From a virus (Duplodnaviria; Caudoviricetes): a DNA stretch of 64,000 nt. The notes below the pieces were generated by a model that had not been told where the DNA came from, did no database searches, and saw only the letters and a program-made list of their open reading frames with translations. The translations under genes and the position numbers were made by a program. The stretch covers positions 18,597 to 82,596 of IMG/VR virus record IMGVR_UViG_3300042673_001351. One strand, given 5' to 3'. This document shows positions 19,984-30,400 of the stretch, piece after piece (the stretch's first letter is position 1; each line of letters opens with the position of its first letter).

Positions 19984-21918
19984 CTATGCGGTTATATCTA
20001 CAATCTCACAGTTTCCGTCAGATGTGCATGCAAGGGTTTGATTTCCAGATGTTCCATCTTCCGTCTCGTAAAAAGAAAGATCAGCCCATCTAATTTCTTT
20101 AGGCATTTTGCCCAAAAGATCTAAATATTCTTCTTTAGATATCTCTTGATATGGAGCCTGCTTGTATGTATGCTCTGACATCGGTAAAAATGAGATTCCA
20201 GAAACATCGTCAAAATTCTTGTATACCCAAGCTCCTACTTCCATCCATTCGTCTTCTTTAACTGAAACGGTAATTGATGGCTTGTGCTCACACCAGGCAC
20301 GTTGGTAAACTAACCAAATGTTTAAATGTTCAATAGCGGTTAGGTCATTTCTAACAATTGCACCTTCTGGTGCTTTTACTGGAAATGAAAATACGTAAGT
20401 TTCATTTGGCTTCATTACGTCATCCTCTACTGGAATACCTACTTCTTTTAAGAAAGTAGAAATTGGATCTCCCTTGGAGCCACGAACTGTTCGAATATAG
20501 TATGGAGAATGCCATGCATGCATTCCTGAAGACACCCCGACCAATTGAGATACTGTTCCTGATGGTTTTACGCATGTAATAGCGGCAGACTCTGGAATCC
20601 CAATTTTCCCAGCCTCATCTTTATTTTTTGCTCTTGCTGATTCTCTAAGTAAATTTAAAAATTCTTCCAAAGATTCCAAATTTTCTTTTCCAGACATAAA
20701 CTTATGCCCAAATTGTCCAGTAAGAGATACTCCTAATAGTCGCTCTTCTTCTGTGTTGTCCTTCCAAATTTTACGAAGGTATTTAAAGTCTGTAAGAGTT
20801 GACTGCCATGTTCCAAGAATGGTTGCCAACTCAACTTTGCGTTCAATATCTTTCTTTGTATCATTTTCACGTAATACGACTTCTGAAAGATTACAAAACT
20901 GATAAGGACGTAAAATAATCTCTGAGCAAGGGTTAGTTCCATAGTGTATATCTGGATCTCTTCTTCCATATTTGGCTGCTTGGGCTTGAGCTGCGGCCAC
21001 ATTGTATATACCTCGTTCTCCAGACTTTGAATCATATAAAGATTTCCATTCTGCTATAAATTGTTCCATTTGTGGTTTTCTAGAATACGCCACTGAGTTG
21101 TTAGAGAGTGCACGTTGTGAATTGTGCTCCCACCAATTTCCAGTTTTTGCTTGTGCCATTTCAATATCATTAATATTAGAAAGAGAAATCAATGCAGATC
21201 TGCGTACTCCGCCAACCACTACAATTTCACCTATTTTACACATAATGTCGTGTGCTTCAATTGGCTTGAATTGTCTACCTGCTGCATTTTTAAATTTAGC
21301 AATTGTAAAATCAAAAAGATTAACTAAAGGCTGTGGGCCAGAAGATCTTCCACCCATAGTTTTAAGCCTTGCGCCTGCGGGACGAAGTTTGCTTACATCA
21401 ATTGATGGAATCTGTCCAGTCCAAAGAAGTGCAAGTAATTCACGAAATGCTTTCGCCCAACCAGACTTAGAATCTTCAACAACAATTACCGTTGTAGATT
21501 TTTCAAAAGATTCTGGAATTATTGGAAGTTTATTTACGTATTTATATTCGACAGAAAACCCAACTCCAGTTCCACACATTAAAATGTACATTGTTTCGTC
21601 AAATGAACGGGGATTATCTACTGGTACAAATGAACAATTGTATCCCGCAACATGATCTCTCTCTAGCGCTGGGCCAGCGGTCATTACGGATCTCATTGAT
21701 GGCATAACGTTTCTATCTAGCACCGCTTGTTTTAATTCTGTTATTAGTTTTGATGAAGGCTCATATGAATGCTCTTTAAATAAATGATCTAGCATAAAAG
21801 AAAAATAACGATCTACTGTTTCGCTCCAAGTTTCTCTACGATTTTCTTCTGGCATCCAACGTGCATATCGAGACAATGCAATAAAGTTTTCGTACGGGTT
21901 TTCAATAGATGTTGACAT
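19984..21918 (-). CDS. nrdJ: Class II (B12-dependent) ribonucleotide reductase
   Basis: PSMR, NCSF, GGVRRSA, TNPCSEI, CVKPSGT, C-terminal CxxxxxC; no small subunit nearby. Confidence 0.9.
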   Translation of the reverse strand: MSTSIENPYENFIALSRYARWMPEENRRETWSETVDRYFSFMLDHLFKEHSYEPSSKLITELKQAVLDRNVMPSMRSVMTAGPALERDHVAGYNCSFVPVDNPRSFDETMYILMCGTGVGFSVEYKYVNKLPIIPESFEKSTTVIVVEDSKSGWAKAFRELLALLWTGQIPSIDVSKLRPAGARLKTMGGRSSGPQPLVNLFDFTIAKFKNAAGRQFKPIEAHDIMCKIGEIVVVGGVRRSALISLSNINDIEMAQAKTGNWWEHNSQRALSNNSVAYSRKPQMEQFIAEWKSLYDSKSGERGIYNVAAAQAQAAKYGRRDPDIHYGTNPCSEIILRPYQFCNLSEVVLRENDTKKDIERKVELATILGTWQSTLTDFKYLRKIWKDNTEEERLLGVSLTGQFGHKFMSGKENLESLEEFLNLLRESARAKNKDEAGKIGIPESAAITCVKPSGTVSQLVGVSSGMHAWHSPYYIRTVRGSKGDPISTFLKEVGIPVEDDVMKPNETYVFSFPVKAPEGAIVRNDLTAIEHLNIWLVYQRAWCEHKPSITVSVKEDEWMEVGAWVYKNFDDVSGISFLPMSEHTYKQAPYQEISKEEYLDLLGKMPKEIRWADLSFYETEDGTSGNQTLACTSDGNCEIVDITA

Positions 21919-22001
21919 ATAGACCTTTTCTTCCGCCTGCGGATTAATTAAATTTTTTGATGAAGTCTAAGTGTATCAAACTTTTATTAAGGGGTCTAGC
22001 C

Positions 22002-22991
22002 CTAGGAAAATTTTTTAAAAATATCTTTAAAAGCGTTTTCAGTCAACTGATCCCAATTGTAATCTTTATGTATTTTAGTTGACTGGGCAAAATAATAATT
22101 TGAATATGCTTTAAAATTAATAGACACGTCTCTCATAAGTTCAAGTAGATGTTGACGGTTTGGCTCAAAAACTTTTCCTTTGTGTGGAAATGGCCATGGT
22201 GAATCTATAATTTTTGATTTTAATTTTAGTGGACCAAGATATTTTTCGTAATGAGCCCATCCGCTAGTACAAATAGTTGGCATGCCAGTTGCTAAAGCTT
22301 GAAATGGAATAAAACCAAACCCTTCTCCATAGCTTGGGTAAATTAAAACATCATGTGAGTTGTATAGTTCGACTAATTTCTCGTTTGTTAGAACGCTTGT
22401 TATTAAATTAATATTTGAGTAAAGTTTTTCTGGTGTGCCGATTATGTTTTTGTCTATAAAATTATTGTAAACTCTTGTAGTGTTAATCTGGTCTGCTTTA
22501 ATTGTTAAAGAGTATTGTGGATTATTACCAAATAAACTTATAAATGAATCTACAACCATTTGACCAGCTTTTCTTGGTGCTGGCTCGCCTACGTGTAAAA
22601 ATTTTATTATTCCGTCATCTGGCCTTTTATAAGGTTTCCATATTGGGTCAATCCCATGTGGATAAACTTTGTCTACCTTGTATCCGTTATCTTCAAAAAC
22701 ATTTGCACACCAATCTGAAGTGGTCCAAATTTCATCGCAGGCATCCATGTATTCTTTCCAGTCTTCTGGTATTACTGTAGACTCCCACGGAGTATAACTA
22801 ATTTGATATTGATTTTTATGTAATTTAAAATGCGATGGTTGTGAAAAATTAAACTGTACCTTAGACTTTGGGTCTTGAAATGGAACAAAGTGTCCCAGGT
22901 TATTTAGTGATTTAACTATATTCTCTCCCGCATATCCATACCCATTTTTGTTTTTTAGGTTAGCAATTACTGTGGAAAACGATATATTCAT
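22002..22991 (-). CDS. GT4 (group 1) glycosyltransferase
   Basis: RK...PSYGEGFGFIPFQALATGMP (EX7E-like with Q). Confidence 0.85.
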   Translation of the reverse strand: MNISFSTVIANLKNKNGYGYAGENIVKSLNNLGHFVPFQDPKSKVQFNFSQPSHFKLHKNQYQISYTPWESTVIPEDWKEYMDACDEIWTTSDWCANVFEDNGYKVDKVYPHGIDPIWKPYKRPDDGIIKFLHVGEPAPRKAGQMVVDSFISLFGNNPQYSLTIKADQINTTRVYNNFIDKNIIGTPEKLYSNINLITSVLTNEKLVELYNSHDVLIYPSYGEGFGFIPFQALATGMPTICTSGWAHYEKYLGPLKLKSKIIDSPWPFPHKGKVFEPNRQHLLELMRDVSINFKAYSNYYFAQSTKIHKDYNWDQLTENAFKDIFKKFS

Positions 22992-23013
22992 ACACTCTTT
23001 CTGGTCAACTGGC

Positions 23014-23043
23014 TTGACACTCTTTAAAGCACAATGGTACTAT
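23014..23043 (+). promoter_or_regulatory. SigA-type promoter
   Basis: TTGACA-N18-TACTAT with extended TG. Confidence 0.6.
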
Positions 23044-23076
23044 TATAGTTCGTTATCTCTAAAGGAGGAAATGCCA

Positions 23077-23628
23077 ATGGAGAAAGTAAAACAAAGACTT
23101 AGTGATGTTGTACATAACTGGGCCGCAATAGCAATAATAACATTATTCCTATTTTCCGTCCAGCCTGGACCAACTGCTACTCAGGCTTTAGAAGTAAAAG
23201 AAGAAAAAACCGAAATACAACTAAAAAGAGAAATACTAAGTAAGTTCAGCAATGATACTTATGAGCACTCCGAAATGCTTGCACCTGATGATCTAAAAGA
23301 TCTACTATGGGCTGTGGGTTTTGAAGGAACTGCTTTAAAAACAGCTTGGGCTGTTGCTAGGGTAGAGTCTAACGGGAGACCGCTTGCTCTAAACGACAAC
23401 AAATCAACTGGAGATAAATCTTACGGAATTTTCCAAATAAATATGCTAGGGCAACTTGGCATAGATAGGAAAGAAAAATTCGACTTAGTTTCAAATAAGG
23501 AATTATTTGATCCAGTAACAAACGCAGAGATAACGTATTATATGACTAAAGGCGGAAAAGATTGGTCATCGTGGCCTAACTCAATAGGAAAGGCCAAGGA
23601 GTTGATTCCTCAATTCCCTAAAGCTTAA
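23077..23628 (+). CDS. Secreted lysozyme-like/lytic transglycosylase
   Basis: N-terminal hydrophobic segment; ESNG catalytic Glu; YGIFQIN; WSSW; AGGAGG RBS. Confidence 0.75.
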   Translation: MEKVKQRLSDVVHNWAAIAIITLFLFSVQPGPTATQALEVKEEKTEIQLKREILSKFSNDTYEHSEMLAPDDLKDLLWAVGFEGTALKTAWAVARVESNGRPLALNDNKSTGDKSYGIFQINMLGQLGIDRKEKFDLVSNKELFDPVTNAEITYYMTKGGKDWSSWPNSIGKAKELIPQFPKA

Positions 23629-23637
23629 GGAGCATTT

Positions 23638-23856
23638 TTGCGACAGATACAATATGTATCTCAGTATATAGCTTTATCAGAGGAGAGCCTTGTTCCAAAA
23701 TTGGAATGTCCAATGGATCAGGGCTCTCTTTTCTGCAATTTAGATTTAGATGATAACATATTCTTGTATTGTATTTCTTGTGATTATAAAAACTTCATAG
23801 GAAGCTCTTTTTATGATAAAATTGTATTATTAGTAGATGGAGTTAAAAATGTCTGA
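23638..23856 (+). CDS. Small zinc-finger protein
   Basis: CPMD...CISC. Confidence 0.5.
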   Translation: MRQIQYVSQYIALSEESLVPKLECPMDQGSLFCNLDLDDNIFLYCISCDYKNFIGSSFYDKIVLLVDGVKNV

Positions 23857-24049
23857 AGCGCCAGTAAATCAAAATTTAGAAGATAACCTTCCAATGGTTG
23901 ATTATATTATGCTACATAGAATATATGATTTGTTAACCCTTATAGCAAATGAGGTTGCTGGTTCTGAGAAGACTTCTAAGATGATTGAATACCATGAGCA
24001 AGGATATTTATTAGGTCCAGCCCCTTCTTATACTCCTGAAGGAGAATAA
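23849..24049 (+). CDS. Hypothetical protein
   Basis: Operon-coupled ORF. Confidence 0.5.
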   Translation: MSEAPVNQNLEDNLPMVDYIMLHRIYDLLTLIANEVAGSEKTSKMIEYHEQGYLLGPAPSYTPEGE

Positions 24050-25036
24050 GTGGCAAATTTTGTTAACGACGTACAGTATAGCGATGATTTTTTATTTGAA
24101 ATATTAGAAACTGTAAACAATGATCCCGCTACAAGTGGACTTTATGATAAAAATCATATTGCATTGTTGCCATTTTATGAGTTAGAGCATGGAATGCGTT
24201 TAAAGGATAATACCCTTATAAAAAAAATCTCAACAGATAACAAAGTAAATAGTAAAAGTTTTTATTTTATGCATATTCCAAAAAATTCTGGGCTGTCTCT
24301 TCAACAAGAATTAAAACAAAATTTTAAAGGACATCAAACTTTTATAAATCAAATATCATATATTAATGATGAAGATATGTTGAGATCTAAATTGATTTCT
24401 GGACATTTTGCATCATATCCTTTTTCTTTATACAAAAAAAATAATTTAAATTTATCTGGAATTACAATGCTTAGGGATCCAGTAGATAGGTGCATTAGTT
24501 ATTTTATGCATACCTATAATATTTTTAATATTATGTTAAATAGAAAACCTGATTTCCCAACACAAAAAAGCTTTGATAGGTTTTTGTCTGAGCCCAGCAA
24601 TTTAGATTTTATAACCAACTTTCAATGTAGAAGTATGACATCATCAATAAATTTTGAAGATTCTAACAAGTGGAGCACAGATTATTTATCTAATAAAATA
24701 AATAAATTTTCTTTATTCGCTAAAGGTAGTACAACTTCTCATTTTATTGAAAATAATAATAATGGTTCTTTGTGGAAAGAAAAATTAAATAATTTTGCTA
24801 TAATAGGAACTACAGAAAATAGAACTTTGTTTTTAGACAGACTTTCTAAAATTTTACAAAAATCAAATTATAATGGTAATTTTTTAAATATCAAAAAAAA
24901 TAAATCTTTATATAGCACGGGAGATATAAAAAAAATGTTAAGCCAAAATCAAATTAAACAGATTATAGATTTAAATAACTATGATTTTGAAATGTATGAT
25001 TTTTTAATGACGAACAAAGGAGTCTGGGAATGTTAA
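24050..25036 (+). CDS. Sulfotransferase family protein
   Basis: FMHIPKNSG (5'-PSB loop), LRDPVDRCISYF (3'-PB), N.YD..MY. Confidence 0.75.
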   Translation: MANFVNDVQYSDDFLFEILETVNNDPATSGLYDKNHIALLPFYELEHGMRLKDNTLIKKISTDNKVNSKSFYFMHIPKNSGLSLQQELKQNFKGHQTFINQISYINDEDMLRSKLISGHFASYPFSLYKKNNLNLSGITMLRDPVDRCISYFMHTYNIFNIMLNRKPDFPTQKSFDRFLSEPSNLDFITNFQCRSMTSSINFEDSNKWSTDYLSNKINKFSLFAKGSTTSHFIENNNNGSLWKEKLNNFAIIGTTENRTLFLDRLSKILQKSNYNGNFLNIKKNKSLYSTGDIKKMLSQNQIKQIIDLNNYDFEMYDFLMTNKGVWEC

Positions 25037-26460
25037 AAAAAAATTTATACCCATTTTTTAGATTAAGCGCTAGATGGGTCGACCCTAGACATATTCCTAT
25101 TACAAAAAGAGATGTTAAATCAAAAAATTTAGAAAATAAAATTCCAAAATTATATTTTCCATTAAATAGACATTATGGATTTTTTTTAAATACAGCAAAA
25201 GTATATGTAAAAGATATGTTGCGTTATGGAAAATCTTATTCTACCTACAGGGGAAGATATTTAGTAATTTATATTTTTTCTCCACAGGGGGCTTGGGAAA
25301 TTTTAGCTGCTAAGCAAAAATCTTTTATTAAAGGTCCTTTGTGGGGCAGGGCACGTAGACTTCTTGGCAATGGATTGCTGGTTAGTGAGAATCCAGATCA
25401 TTTTGTTTTTAGAAGAATGACAATGTCTAGCTTTGATCATAAAAAATTATTAAGCATGTCTAATATAATGTTTAACATAACTAAAAGTAAAATTGATGAA
25501 TTAAAAAATAACAAAAAAGAAATTGAAATTCGTTCTGAGATAAACTCTTTGGCTTTAGATATTGTTAGTAGGTGCGTCTTTGGAGTTGATGTTCAGCATA
25601 ACTCTGAGTTAATAAAAGACGAGTTAACTGTGTCGGTAAATGCTATGGATCGAACACAGAATCCATCCTTAACAAGGTTTGAAAATATGAATATCCCTTA
25701 CTTTAAAAACTTTGTAAACTCAACTGTATTTATGTATGAATTTGTAGAAAAAGTGTATGAAGATAAAATCAAAAGCAATTTAGATGGAGACGACCTGCTA
25801 TCTATATATATAAACAGCACAGATGAAGATGGTAATAAAATGTCTAAGCATCAAATTTTAGATGAAATGCTTACTGTAATCCTTGCTGGATTTGAATCTA
25901 CATCAAACACTCTGGTATGGGCTTTGGCTTATCTAAACAGGCATCCAGAAGAATATAATAAATTAATTGAAGAATCTAAGAGTATTTTTAACTCTGGTCT
26001 ATCCGAAGAAGAGGTGCTACAAAAAATTATTAGCGCCCCCGTTTGTTCTAGTATTTTAAAAGAAACATTAAGACTTTGCCCTCCTATTTGGAATTTGCCT
26101 AGAATGGCAAAAGAGGATGTTGAGGTAGATGGAAACTTTATTCCAAAGGGTTCGTTTGTAATTGTAAACCCATATGTTACTCATAGAATACCAGAAATAT
26201 ACCCAAACCCTGAAAAGTTTATACCTTCTAGGTGGGATGGGGATTTTGAAAAAAACTTGCCTTTAGGTGCATATTTCCCGTTTAGTGAAGGTAATAGAAA
26301 ATGCATTGGGGACCAATTTGCAATGATAGAAATGAAAATAATTCTTTTGGCAATGTCTAACTCATTTAAAATAAAAACTTATGGGAAATTCCCCAGAGGT
26401 ATAGATAGGGTGACTTATCGTGTTGCAAAACCATTAAGGGCTAAAATAAAAAATCATTGA
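25030..26460 (+). CDS. Cytochrome P450
   Basis: I-helix AGFEST, ETLR, PSRW, heme loop FSEGNRKCIG. Confidence 0.95.
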   Translation: MLKKNLYPFFRLSARWVDPRHIPITKRDVKSKNLENKIPKLYFPLNRHYGFFLNTAKVYVKDMLRYGKSYSTYRGRYLVIYIFSPQGAWEILAAKQKSFIKGPLWGRARRLLGNGLLVSENPDHFVFRRMTMSSFDHKKLLSMSNIMFNITKSKIDELKNNKKEIEIRSEINSLALDIVSRCVFGVDVQHNSELIKDELTVSVNAMDRTQNPSLTRFENMNIPYFKNFVNSTVFMYEFVEKVYEDKIKSNLDGDDLLSIYINSTDEDGNKMSKHQILDEMLTVILAGFESTSNTLVWALAYLNRHPEEYNKLIEESKSIFNSGLSEEEVLQKIISAPVCSSILKETLRLCPPIWNLPRMAKEDVEVDGNFIPKGSFVIVNPYVTHRIPEIYPNPEKFIPSRWDGDFEKNLPLGAYFPFSEGNRKCIGDQFAMIEMKIILLAMSNSFKIKTYGKFPRGIDRVTYRVAKPLRAKIKNH

Positions 26461-26485
26461 CTTTGGAAAATAATAATTATACAAT
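26457..26485 (+). promoter_or_regulatory. SigA-type promoter
   Basis: TTGACT-N17-TACAAT. Confidence 0.65.
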
Positions 26486-26491
26486 TGTTTT

Positions 26492-26567
26492 GTAAGTCGA
26501 GCTTAGGCTCCTTACTTAGCTACAATAAGTAGCAAAACCCAATCGGATCCGCCTCTGATTGGGTTTT
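26492..26567 (+). ncRNA. Candidate three-hairpin small RNA
   Basis: Begins at the expected start site of the promoter above; three abutting stems, the last a 14-bp stem ending in UUUU. Confidence 0.55.
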
Positions 26568-26594
26568 CTATTTAAATAGGTGTATAATTAATTC

Positions 26595-26759
26595 ATGAGT
26601 CCAAGATACTTTGCTAAATTTAGTAACAACCCTGGTGCTGAAAGCAATTGGTATCATTTTGCTGGCGAACATTTTCAGCCAGGCGACCCTGAATATAAAA
26701 TGTATTTAAAATATAAAATATTCAAATATAGATTAAGAAAACTATTTCGACTTAAATAA
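26595..26759 (+). CDS. Small basic protein (54 aa), leaderless
   Basis: TATAAT-N6-ATG; MSPRYFAKF...KLFRLK. Confidence 0.5.
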   Translation: MSPRYFAKFSNNPGAESNWYHFAGEHFQPGDPEYKMYLKYKIFKYRLRKLFRLK

Positions 26760-26971
26760 GTGCAATTGCAAAAATTGAAGTGCTCGGCGGCGGTAGAGAA
26801 GAACATATAATTTTACCCATATAGCCAATGTAAGAGATATACCTCTAAATTGCTCTATAGGGCTTCTGAGAAGGTTTTAGCTATATACCCATACCCATAC
26901 ATGCATAGGGCCTTAAAATGGCTTTAAATCAATTTCTGGAATATATCCTATTATTCTAGTTGACTAAGATA

Positions 26972-27253
26972 TTATATAGACTTATTAATTTTTCTCTGGT
27001 GAGTTCTGACCCTATGACAATTAGAACATACTATCTCACATTTAGCTATTTCTAGATCTATTCTTTTCTTAGATAGGGTCACAATGAGTTCTGATACGTT
27101 TGCTTGCTTCCGCCCACGCACATGATCAAAATCCATTACGTAATAGGGAAAACTTTCTTTACAATCCATACATGGAGTATTAGATTTTAGGTCCTGAATA
27201 TATCTGGCTAGATAAGCTTTTTGTTTAGCTATGCTAGTCTTTTCAGACTTCAT
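26972..27253 (-). CDS. HNH endonuclease-like protein
   Basis: CMDC...DFDHV...CEIVCSNCHR. Confidence 0.75.
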   Translation of the reverse strand: MKSEKTSIAKQKAYLARYIQDLKSNTPCMDCKESFPYYVMDFDHVRGRKQANVSELIVTLSKKRIDLEIAKCEIVCSNCHRVRTHQRKINKSI

Positions 27254-27443
27254 AGTCTTATTATATATTATGTTCTTTTAATGTATATCTGGGTATTTAG
27301 ATTTTTTAGCAAACCCCCCCTCCCCCCTAAGTTTAAAAAATCTTCTTAGAAAGACAGGGAGGGCGATTACATCTGGTATATCTGAGTTCCTTAGTGTAAC
27401 CCCCCAAAACCTTGCCTAGTATAACATTATAAAAATTTTTCTG

Positions 27444-28133
27444 TCAAATCTGGATCCCTAAGTCTTTTTGCCTATTTTTAATAATTTTAATAAGCGCCTC
27501 ATATTTGTCATTTACAATAGATAAATCAACCGCCTTTTCAAATTCACTTAATATAATATTATAATTTTTTTCTGTTTTAGAGCTTGGCAAAAATAATTCA
27601 ACTTTATCCATCCTGTAATTGAATACAATGTTTCTAGATGGAATTTGATTTAAAAAATTAAAATTTTCTACTAGACCCAAAGAATATATTTTATTTATGC
27701 TTTCAAAGACTTTTTTTGGATTATTTTCTAGTTGATCAAAAGTATATGTTGTTCTATTATCTATATCTAGCATTAGTGAATCAAGAAACATATTGTATTC
27801 ATTAGTTTGTCCAATAAAACCTCTTAAAATAGCATCGCTATCTTCGCCCCTTAATGGGGACATTACTATGTTAGAAACAATACAGTCTTTTGGGTTTCTT
27901 AAAACAGTAACTGGATTAGGCTGGTTAATATTTTTTTCAACGTTCCAATTTTTTTTAACAACCAAAAAATTGTTTATTGTTAAATTTTGCCTTAAATAAG
28001 TAGTTCCAGACCTAGGAAAATTTTTTATGCAAACTAAGGGTTTCGGCCAAAACCCATTTTCCATAAAGTCTACATCATCGTATAAACTTAACTTAGACTT
28101 TATCTCTTCTACTTGGCTATTTTTTCCCATCAT
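27444..28133 (-). CDS. Sulfotransferase-like protein
   Basis: FPRSGTTYL; LRNPKDCIVS. Confidence 0.65.
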   Translation of the reverse strand: MMGKNSQVEEIKSKLSLYDDVDFMENGFWPKPLVCIKNFPRSGTTYLRQNLTINNFLVVKKNWNVEKNINQPNPVTVLRNPKDCIVSNIVMSPLRGEDSDAILRGFIGQTNEYNMFLDSLMLDIDNRTTYTFDQLENNPKKVFESINKIYSLGLVENFNFLNQIPSRNIVFNYRMDKVELFLPSSKTEKNYNIILSEFEKAVDLSIVNDKYEALIKIIKNRQKDLGIQI

Positions 28134-28744
28134 ATCATTTTTATATAAATGTCTGAATGCATGACTTCACCAATGACAAATGCGCTGATAGCCCATTGAG
28201 GATTTTCTGATAAAAATTCATTCACAGCAGCAACGACCCCAGTATATTCATTAGTAAAATGATCATATACTATATAATCATTAAATCCTATAACTCCACC
28301 TTTATTTAAATGAGCTACGGCAAAACTTAAACAATATTTTACAAAATCAAAATCATGGTTTGCGTCTATGTAAATATAATCATATTTTTTTTTGCTTGCA
28401 ATTAAATTACTTTCTTTTATGTGAATTGTTTTTTGAATAATTTCAATATTTTTATTATTTTTATATTTATCTTTAATATAAGAATAATGCGTTTTTCTTG
28501 TAAATCTTTCCGAGTCTGGGTTGTCATAGTCGTCTGACATGAAATGATCAACTAGTGTGATTTTTTTGGGAAAAAGTGTTTTTATAACCATGTCAGTATA
28601 TCTCCCCGCCAATACGCCAATTTCTAAATAGGAATCTATTGGATTTTGATCTTTAAGATAGTCTATTTTGTCTGCATATATTTTTGCATTTTTTAGCATG
28701 TTGTTAGACAAAGGCACAAATTCTATATATTCTTTATTAGACAT
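28130..28744 (-). CDS. Class I SAM-dependent methyltransferase
   Basis: LEIGVLAG, YIYIDANH, GGVIGFNDY. Confidence 0.8.
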   Translation of the reverse strand: MSNKEYIEFVPLSNNMLKNAKIYADKIDYLKDQNPIDSYLEIGVLAGRYTDMVIKTLFPKKITLVDHFMSDDYDNPDSERFTRKTHYSYIKDKYKNNKNIEIIQKTIHIKESNLIASKKKYDYIYIDANHDFDFVKYCLSFAVAHLNKGGVIGFNDYIVYDHFTNEYTGVVAAVNEFLSENPQWAISAFVIGEVMHSDIYIKMI

Positions 28745-28779
28745 TATTACATTATATCAAATAATGATACAATATAACA
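28745..28779. promoter_or_regulatory. Back-to-back divergent leaderless promoters
   Basis: Minus strand TGA-TATAAT-N6-ATG(28744); plus strand TGA-TACAAT-N6-ATG(28780). Confidence 0.65.
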
Positions 28780-29445
28780 ATGCACCCACTAACACCAAAA
28801 GACTATATGCCCAGAAAAGATCTGTTAAAAATAGATAATATAACAGAAATTATAGGAACTGGGACTGATAATATTAAAATAATAGAAAATTTTTTATCCG
28901 AAAAAGAAATTTCTACTGCATTAACCTTTTTAAAAAAACACCCAGTTAATGAAAATGCTACCCACTCGTATTCTTTGCAGCAGATACAGGGACACTCATC
29001 ATCATTAGATGAATTATTTTTTGGAGAAATGATGGGAAGAAAAATGGTCGAGTTAGGACAAAACCTTTATGGGCAACCATTAATAAAAGATAGACCGTTT
29101 TTATATGTAACACATCCAACTGGAACATACATCGATCCACATACAGATATACTAGACGTAGACGATCCAGATTACGATACCCCCAGTTTTGATGAACAGG
29201 TAAAAGAATTTCCCTATTTATGGAGCGGACACCTATCAATACTTGGCTATCTTAATGACGATTTTGAAGGCGGAGAACTTTATTTTCCAGAACTAGATTA
29301 TGGTTTTAAGCCAAAAAGGGGTTCAGTTGTGCTATTCCCTGGAAACTTACATTACGTACACGGCGTAGCTCCAATAACAAGTGGAGTTAGATATACAATA
29401 TCTCAGTGGTGTATATTTAAAAACTTTATATCTAAACCATCCTAA
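28780..29445 (+). CDS. 2OG-Fe(II) oxygenase, prolyl-4-hydroxylase-like
   Basis: HTD...YLNDDFEGGE...HGV...RYT. Confidence 0.85.
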   Translation: MHPLTPKDYMPRKDLLKIDNITEIIGTGTDNIKIIENFLSEKEISTALTFLKKHPVNENATHSYSLQQIQGHSSSLDELFFGEMMGRKMVELGQNLYGQPLIKDRPFLYVTHPTGTYIDPHTDILDVDDPDYDTPSFDEQVKEFPYLWSGHLSILGYLNDDFEGGELYFPELDYGFKPKRGSVVLFPGNLHYVHGVAPITSGVRYTISQWCIFKNFISKPS

Positions 29446-29452
29446 ATAAGTG

Positions 29453-30400
29453 CTAAAAAAGTGCGGCGGAAGTAGAAGACATGTTTGAATCATGTTCTTG
29501 CTTAATCTGTATAAATCTATTTGCAGATTTCCTTGTTTGATTTAAAAAGGCATATAAAGCATTTCTATAGTGATCCCCAGTGCCAGATAAAATTAAATTT
29601 TCAACATCCCAATATTTTAGTACTGGGTATATAACTTCATCTAAATGAATACTGGGGTCATATATTCCCGCAAAAGCTAAAGCGTTACCCATTTCTCTAT
29701 ATCCTGGAATTTGATGCTGAGGGTAGTCAAATCCTGTAATAACATTGGATATGGCTTCCATGCCAACATCTGGATTTATTTCAAGTGCAGCTTTTACAAG
29801 ATTTCTATATACCATAAAGTGCAAGTTTTCATCCATTGCAATTCTTGCCATTAAGGCTTCACCAATAGGCTCATTAGTAATTTTTGCGGTATGTTTATGA
29901 ATAACCCTGGTTCCAAGTTCCTGAATAGTGGTGTATACAATAGTGTGTATCATATCATTTTTATAAGATGGGATTTTAAACCTTTTCCTCATGTGCTCTA
30001 GTCTTAAATTTTCTAATTTCTTTGGGTCCAGAACACGAGTCGTAACTATATAATCTCTTAGTGCAATTGAGTGACGATTTTCGTCGGCAGACCACAGATC
30101 AACCCATGTTCTCCAAGGCCCATCTTTATCAAATGCATAAGTAAGCTCAGTATGATATGCAGGCAAATTATCTTCTCCCAATAAAGACATCAATAGAGAG
30201 TCTTGTACAACTTTACTTAATTTTGACTGAGATTCGTCAAAATCTTTCCCACCCATTCTGGAGAAATTGCTTCCGAGATCCCAAGGAATATACTCATGTG
30301 GATACCACATTTTAGAAACAGAGTTATGCCTATTCATTTCATTTTCAACAACTGGTTCTAGTTGCCTTGTAATATCAAGAATTAATTTAGCACTATTCAT
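29453..30400 (-). CDS. Soluble diiron acyl-ACP desaturase (actinobacterial DesA1-like)
   Basis: W.PHEYIPW, EDNLPAY, WSADENRH, QELGT, DENLH. Confidence 0.85.
   Translation of the reverse strand: MNSAKLILDITRQLEPVVENEMNRHNSVSKMWYPHEYIPWDLGSNFSRMGGKDFDESQSKLSKVVQDSLLMSLLGEDNLPAYHTELTYAFDKDGPWRTWVDLWSADENRHSIALRDYIVTTRVLDPKKLENLRLEHMRKRFKIPSYKNDMIHTIVYTTIQELGTRVIHKHTAKITNEPIGEALMARIAMDENLHFMVYRNLVKAALEINPDVGMEAISNVITGFDYPQHQIPGYREMGNALAFAGIYDPSIHLDEVIYPVLKYWDVENLILSGTGDHYRNALYAFLNQTRKSANRFIQIKQEHDSNMSSTSAALF

Noticed and set aside
21002-21655. 217-aa plus-strand ORF and similar antisense ORFs (10803, 15994, 18099, 48507, 59361, 61158)
   Set aside because: Antisense to well-supported genes, with no RBS or recognisable motifs.
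19984-21918. Intein or intron in nrdJ
   Set aside because: Continuous 644-aa ORF with normal motif spacing.
22657-22665. Perfect DnaA box (TGTGGATAA)
   Set aside because: Single copy inside the GT4 coding sequence; plausible by chance.
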